From positions 1-56,876 of the forward strand of contig JBBREQ010000001.1 in assembly GCA_038202795.1 (NCBI GenBank): a stretch of DNA of 56,876 nt, read 5' to 3'. A program made the position numbers and the translations under genes. Under the pieces are notes generated by a model, which saw only the letters and a list, made by a program, of their open reading frames with translations, was not told where the DNA came from and searched no databases. Each line of letters begins with the position of its first letter. Within the stretch, counting starts at the first letter, position 1. Positions 52,432-56,876 of this stretch are shown here, in pieces. Source of the DNA: Coriobacteriia bacterium (GTDB lineage: Bacteria > Actinomycetota > Coriobacteriia > Anaerosomatales > PHET01).

Positions 52432-52648
52432 GTGGATATATCGGCAAGGGTTTGACGGCGCTTTACGGTCATATTATCGATATTTTTGTCGCGGGCTGAG
52501 TATCATTTACGCATCGGTCAACGCTCAGCGTAGGATGCTAAGTCGAATAGGCGTGAATGCCGATAGTGAATTCAGGAATCTACTGAAGGCTTCGGCTTTG
52601 CGGTCCTCGTGGACAGAGGCAGCCACGACACTTGGATCTTGGGGGACG

Positions 52649-55432
52649 ATGCGGCACAGAGCGACAGCCAAGCGCACAGCGGATGGTACGTGCAGGTCGG
52701 GGCTCCGCCTCGCTGCGGCGGCCCGCCTCTGTGCGCTCGGACTCATCCTCACGCTGGCCATCTTTACGAACCTCGCCGGACCTGAGAATGCATACGCGCT
52801 TGGCCCCAACGCGGTCAGAACAGGCACGGGCGTCTTGGCCTCGGCTGTCGCTCGGGGAGATGACACGAGCAACCTGATCGTCAACCTGCCGTTCGCGATG
52901 AACTGGAACGGGACCAGCTTCTCTCAGATCTACATCAACATGAACGGCAACTGCACGTTCGGCCAGACGTTCACCGGCTACGATCCCGACCCCACGCTGA
53001 TCTCTCAGAACCGCAACATCATGGCGCCGTTCTGGGCGGACTTCGACTCACGCAACGCCGCTTCCGGCCAAGTACTGTACAGCGACACGACGAACCCGCC
53101 GCTGGTGGATGGCCGTGAGGCGTTCATCGTCACGTGGAACGGGGTCGCACGGTACAACCAGCAGGCCACGCCCCTGAACTACTTCCAGCTCGTCATCATC
53201 GACCGGTCCGATACGGGCGCTGGAAACTTCGACTTCGAGTTCAACTACGACCAGCTGACCTGGGACCGAGCCACGGCAGCGTCGAACGGCTATGCGAGGG
53301 CGGGCTGGGCGATCGGCACTTCCAGCTCCTTCGAGCTACCGGGAAGCAACTCGAACGGCGCGCTTCTCGACACGGGTCCCTCGGCGACGTCGCTCGTTCA
53401 GAGCAACTTGAGTTCCGAAGGCCAACTGGGGCGCCAGACGTGGCAGGTACGCGGCGGCACACCGCCCAACATTCCGCCGCAAGTGACCGTGGTCGACCGC
53501 GTGCTCGAAGGCAATGCGCTCAACGGCTACACCGGGTACACGGGTGCGGGTGACGCGACCGCCACCGACTCCGACGGCACCATCGCGAGCTTCACGAACG
53601 ATCGCCCGGTCGTACTGCCGCTGGGTACCACCAGCGTCACGTGGACGGCCAGGGACAACCAATCGTCGGCGGTGTCCGCTGTGCAGTCGATAACCGTTCA
53701 AGACACCATCGCCCCGAGCGACGCCACGGTCACGAGTTCGACGCATGGCACGGGGGCGTGGTCCACCAACGGCACAGTCACGATGAATGCCGCCGGTGTT
53801 GCGGACGTGTGCACGGGGGTCTCAAGGCTGTCGTACCACTGGAGCCAGGGTTCGACCGCCACGCCCGACGCTCTGGCCGATCCTTCCACGGGAGTGACGA
53901 TCACGACCATGACCACGACGACGGTGGATAGCCAAACGTTTGACACCACGACATGGCCTACGGGCTGGACGCGCTCCGACAACACATACGTACAGGTCAA
54001 CAATGCGACGGTAGGGCGCTATCACACGGCTCGGTACGCCGCCGAGGTCTGGGCGAACAACAACACGCGCAGGACCGTGGACTTCTACCGGGACTACGAC
54101 CTGAGCGGCTTCACCAGCGCCAATCTGACATTCTGGGACAACGTATCCGCTCTCTCGAACAATCAAGACAACGCAGGTGTTGAGTTCAGCACCGATGCGC
54201 CAACCGGGGGAAACACCTGGTACCCACTACGAACGACCACTGGCCCTTCTACCGCACAGGGGTGGACGGAGCGTAGCTACTCGCTGCCGCCTGGTGGACC
54301 TGTGCGGGTGCGCTTCTCGGGTAGTGTCAACAAGAATAACGAGTTCACGGACTACGACGAGATCGTCGTTGAGGGCTACGCGACCACGCAGCGCAGGGAG
54401 GTCTCCGCGAACAACACCTCAGCGCTCGCTGACGGTACGTGGTACTTCAACCTGTGGGCTACCGATGTCGCGGGCAACTGGTCGACGCCGGTCGCATTCG
54501 GCCCGGTGTTGATCGACCGGGTCGCGCCGGTCACCGCAGACAACGCTCCTGCTGGGTGGAGCAAGACTCCCGTGTCGGTCAAGCTGACTCCGGCCGATGC
54601 CGGCGTCATCGCCTACACCCGCTACTCGCTCAACGGCGGTGCGTGGACTGACTACTCGGCGCCCATCAACGTATCTGCCGAGGGAACCAGCACGCTTGCC
54701 TATCACTCTGCGGACGCGGCGGGGCACGTCGAATCCACCAGGACCACCGAGGTGCACGTCGACACTCAGAAGCCAACCGTTCCCCAAGGCACCACCGCGA
54801 GCGCCGTAAGCACGACGGCTATCGAGATGAACTGGAGTCCCTCCACGGATACCGTCTCTGGCGTTTCGCACTATGCGGTCTATCGCGACGGCTCGCTGGT
54901 GGGCACTGCATCAGCTGCCACCTACATCGATTCCGGCCTAAACCCAGGCAGCAGCTACTCGTACGAGGTCCGTGCCGTCGATGAAGCAGGTAATCAGTCC
55001 GCCTTCAGCGCGAGCGCCACGGAGTCGGTTCCGTTCAGCTCGTTGTGGGTATCGCTCAGTTCCGCGACCGTAGACATGGGCACCTTGGATCCCGGCAGCG
55101 TTTCGGCCCTGACCTCGGCGGCGGTTGTCTCGGTGGGAGGGTTGGGAAGCTCCCGCTATGTCCTGTTGTGCAGCGCAGACGATTTCGCGAACACCGATAT
55201 CGGTTCAAGCATGCCGACGCTGCCGGCGGGCTCACTGTCGTTTGAGGGTCGTGGTTTTGCGAGCATCCCGAACCAACCGTTCTCGACGACTCCGGTCACG
55301 GTCAACACGGCCGATGGCTCCAAGTATCGTTGGAACCACAACTACGTCTTCGACTACGAGTTCTCCGCACCCTGGACCTTCGAACCGGGGACGTATACAA
55401 CCACGGTCATGTACTCGATACTCCCCGACTAG
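52649..55432 (+). CDS. Large secreted adhesin-like protein: NIDO-like, HYR-like, Ig-like, FN3 domains and a C-terminal WxL-/pilin-like module
   Basis: ATG at 52649 follows GGGGGA. NIDO pattern (about 52883..53266): IYINMNGNCTF...IMAPFWADFDSRN..GQVLY...IVTWNGVARY...NYFQLVII...FEFNYDQLTW. FN3 (about 54772..55005): AIEMNWSPSTDTVSGVSHYAVYRDG...YSYEVRAVDEAGNQS. The protein ends ...FEPGTYTTTVMYSILPD. Confidence 0.8.
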   Translation: MRHRATAKRTADGTCRSGLRLAAAARLCALGLILTLAIFTNLAGPENAYALGPNAVRTGTGVLASAVARGDDTSNLIVNLPFAMNWNGTSFSQIYINMNGNCTFGQTFTGYDPDPTLISQNRNIMAPFWADFDSRNAASGQVLYSDTTNPPLVDGREAFIVTWNGVARYNQQATPLNYFQLVIIDRSDTGAGNFDFEFNYDQLTWDRATAASNGYARAGWAIGTSSSFELPGSNSNGALLDTGPSATSLVQSNLSSEGQLGRQTWQVRGGTPPNIPPQVTVVDRVLEGNALNGYTGYTGAGDATATDSDGTIASFTNDRPVVLPLGTTSVTWTARDNQSSAVSAVQSITVQDTIAPSDATVTSSTHGTGAWSTNGTVTMNAAGVADVCTGVSRLSYHWSQGSTATPDALADPSTGVTITTMTTTTVDSQTFDTTTWPTGWTRSDNTYVQVNNATVGRYHTARYAAEVWANNNTRRTVDFYRDYDLSGFTSANLTFWDNVSALSNNQDNAGVEFSTDAPTGGNTWYPLRTTTGPSTAQGWTERSYSLPPGGPVRVRFSGSVNKNNEFTDYDEIVVEGYATTQRREVSANNTSALADGTWYFNLWATDVAGNWSTPVAFGPVLIDRVAPVTADNAPAGWSKTPVSVKLTPADAGVIAYTRYSLNGGAWTDYSAPINVSAEGTSTLAYHSADAAGHVESTRTTEVHVDTQKPTVPQGTTASAVSTTAIEMNWSPSTDTVSGVSHYAVYRDGSLVGTASAATYIDSGLNPGSSYSYEVRAVDEAGNQSAFSASATESVPFSSLWVSLSSATVDMGTLDPGSVSALTSAAVVSVGGLGSSRYVLLCSADDFANTDIGSSMPTLPAGSLSFEGRGFASIPNQPFSTTPVTVNTADGSKYRWNHNYVFDYEFSAPWTFEPGTYTTTVMYSILPD

Positions 55433-55480
55433 CCGGCGGCTCCGCCAACCGCCAGCGCACACCCCGCTTGTGTCGGGCCT

Positions 55481-56845
55481 CTAGTTCTTCAGCGATTGCA
55501 GCGGAGCCGGAAGCCGTCCGCCGCGATGCGCGAACACCGTGCCGGCGAACTGGTTGACCGGCATGACGGGCGCCTCGCCGAGAAGCCCCCCGAAGCTCAC
55601 CGAGTCCCCTACTGTCTTCCCGCACGCAGGTATGAGCCGCACGGCAGTCGTCTTCGAGTTCACGACGCCGATGGCGCACTCGTCGGCGATGATGCCGGCG
55701 ATCGTCTCGGCGGTGGTGTCGCCGGGGATCGCGATCATGTCGAGGCCCACCGAGCAGACCGCGGTCATTGCCTCGAGCTTCTCGATGGTGAGCGCGCCCG
55801 AGCGCGCCGCGGCGATCATGTTGGCGTCCTCGGAGACGGGGATGAAGGCGCCGGAGAGCCCGCCGGTAGACGACGTTCCCATGGCCCCGCCCTTCTTCAC
55901 GGCATCGTTGAGCAGAGCGAGCGCTGCGGTGGTTCCCGGCCCGCCGCACTGGCCGACCCCCATCGCCTCGATGATCGCGGCGACCGAGTCGCCCTCGGCG
56001 GGCGTTGGGGCCAGAGAGAGGTCGACGATTCCCATGGACACGCCTAGGCGCTTGGCGGCCTCGCGTGCGACCAGCTCTCCAGCGCGCGTGATTTTGAAGG
56101 CCGTGCCCTTGATCGCCTCGGCGACAGCCGTCAGATCAGCGTCCTTAGGGAGCGCGTCGACAACCGCCCGCACAACGCCAGGTCCGGAGATCCCCACGTT
56201 GATCACTTCATCGGGCTCGCCGGTGCCGTGCACCGCACCGGCCATGAACGGGTTGTCCTCGACCATGTTGGCGAAGATCACGAGCTTCGCGCAGCCGATG
56301 CAGTCCCGGTCCCTGGTGGCCTCCGCGGCCGCCTTGACCGTTTGCGCCATCAGAAGTACCGCGTCCATGTTGATACCCGCGCGCGTGGTGGCGACGTTCA
56401 CCGAGGCGCAGACACGCTCGGTTGCGGCAAGCGCTGCCGGAATGGAATCGATCAATCGCCTGTCGCCGTCGCCGATGCCCTTGTGCACAAGCGCCGAGAA
56501 CCCGCCGATGAAGTCCACGCCCACCTCGTGAGCCGCCCGGTCGAGCGCAATCGCGAGCGGCGTGATGTCGCGGGCAGTGCAGACAGCGGCCAGTTCGGCG
56601 ATGGGCGTGACCGAGATACGCTTGTTCACGATGGGGATGCCGTACTCGGCAGCGATCGCCTCGGCAACGGGCACGAGCTTCTCGGCGGCGTGGGTTATCC
56701 GGTCGTAGACGCGTGTGGCGGCGATGAGGATATCCTCGTGCGCGCAGCCGCGCAGCGACAGGCCCAGCGTGACAGTTCGGATGTCGAATCGCTGCTGCTG
56801 GACCATGAGGAGGGTTTCGACGATTTCTTCGGGATCGATACGCAC
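55481..56845 (-). CDS. UPF0210 (DUF711, PFL-like) family protein
   Basis: 454 aa. [27 protein letters not shown]... is the typical UPF0210 N-terminus. Confidence 0.85.
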   Translation of the reverse strand: MRIDPEEIVETLLMVQQQRFDIRTVTLGLSLRGCAHEDILIAATRVYDRITHAAEKLVPVAEAIAAEYGIPIVNKRISVTPIAELAAVCTARDITPLAIALDRAAHEVGVDFIGGFSALVHKGIGDGDRRLIDSIPAALAATERVCASVNVATTRAGINMDAVLLMAQTVKAAAEATRDRDCIGCAKLVIFANMVEDNPFMAGAVHGTGEPDEVINVGISGPGVVRAVVDALPKDADLTAVAEAIKGTAFKITRAGELVAREAAKRLGVSMGIVDLSLAPTPAEGDSVAAIIEAMGVGQCGGPGTTAALALLNDAVKKGGAMGTSSTGGLSGAFIPVSEDANMIAAARSGALTIEKLEAMTAVCSVGLDMIAIPGDTTAETIAGIIADECAIGVVNSKTTAVRLIPACGKTVGDSVSFGGLLGEAPVMPVNQFAGTVFAHRGGRLPAPLQSLKN

Positions 56846-56876
56846 GGATGAACCTCTCGGGAGTAAGTAGCAGGGC

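Noticed and set aside
55539-56531. 330-aa ORF on the plus strand
   Set aside because: Antisense to the UPF0210 gene, which has a recognisable family N-terminus. The plus-strand translation is Ala/Ser/Pro/Thr low complexity.
1-56876. CRISPR arrays, rRNA genes, transposases or IS elements
   Set aside because: No regularly spaced direct repeats, no rRNA-like sequence, and no transposase- or integrase-like translations were seen anywhere in the window.

Overview
High-GC (by eye mid-60s %) chromosomal window from a Gram-positive-type, apparently anaerobic bacterium. It carries ferredoxin-linked metabolism (a four-subunit 2-oxoacid:ferredoxin oxidoreductase and an NfnAB/GltD-like pair). About 13 kb (33.4-46.2 kb) is colinear with the Bacillus subtilis rsmI-abrB-metS-yabD-yabE-ksgA-veg-ispE-spoVG-glmU-prs-ctc-pth region, so this is either a high-GC Bacillota or a deep Actinomycetota (Coriobacteriia-like) lineage; I cannot decide which from the sequence alone. 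I support about 60 CDS, 3 tRNAs (Asp-GTC, Phe-GAA, Gln-TTG), several intrinsic terminators and a few regulatory repeats. I see no rRNA, CRISPR array, transposase or integrase. The observations most worth a second look are these. (1) A membrane-anchored thioredoxin-fold gene has an in-frame TGA exactly at the first Cys of the CxxC motif, followed by a SECIS-like hairpin with a GGUC apical loop. This candidate selenoprotein sits in an ArsR-controlled redox operon with CcdA. (2) A WxL-locus-like surface-protein triad is translationally coupled to an orphan LytTR response regulator. It comprises a DUF916-like TM protein, a small secreted beta-rich protein, and a large NIDO/HYR/FN3 adhesin that ends in the same module as the small protein. 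(3) An in-frame TAG sits inside a CxxCxxCxxxCP ferredoxin motif of a COG2768/DUF362 Fe-S gene. (4) A kinase-less PASTA protein has PASTA repeats on both sides of its single TM helix. (5) A translationally coupled HEAT-repeat/HD-GYP gene pair shares an N-terminal domain. All functional calls come from motif recognition by eye; no database search was possible.
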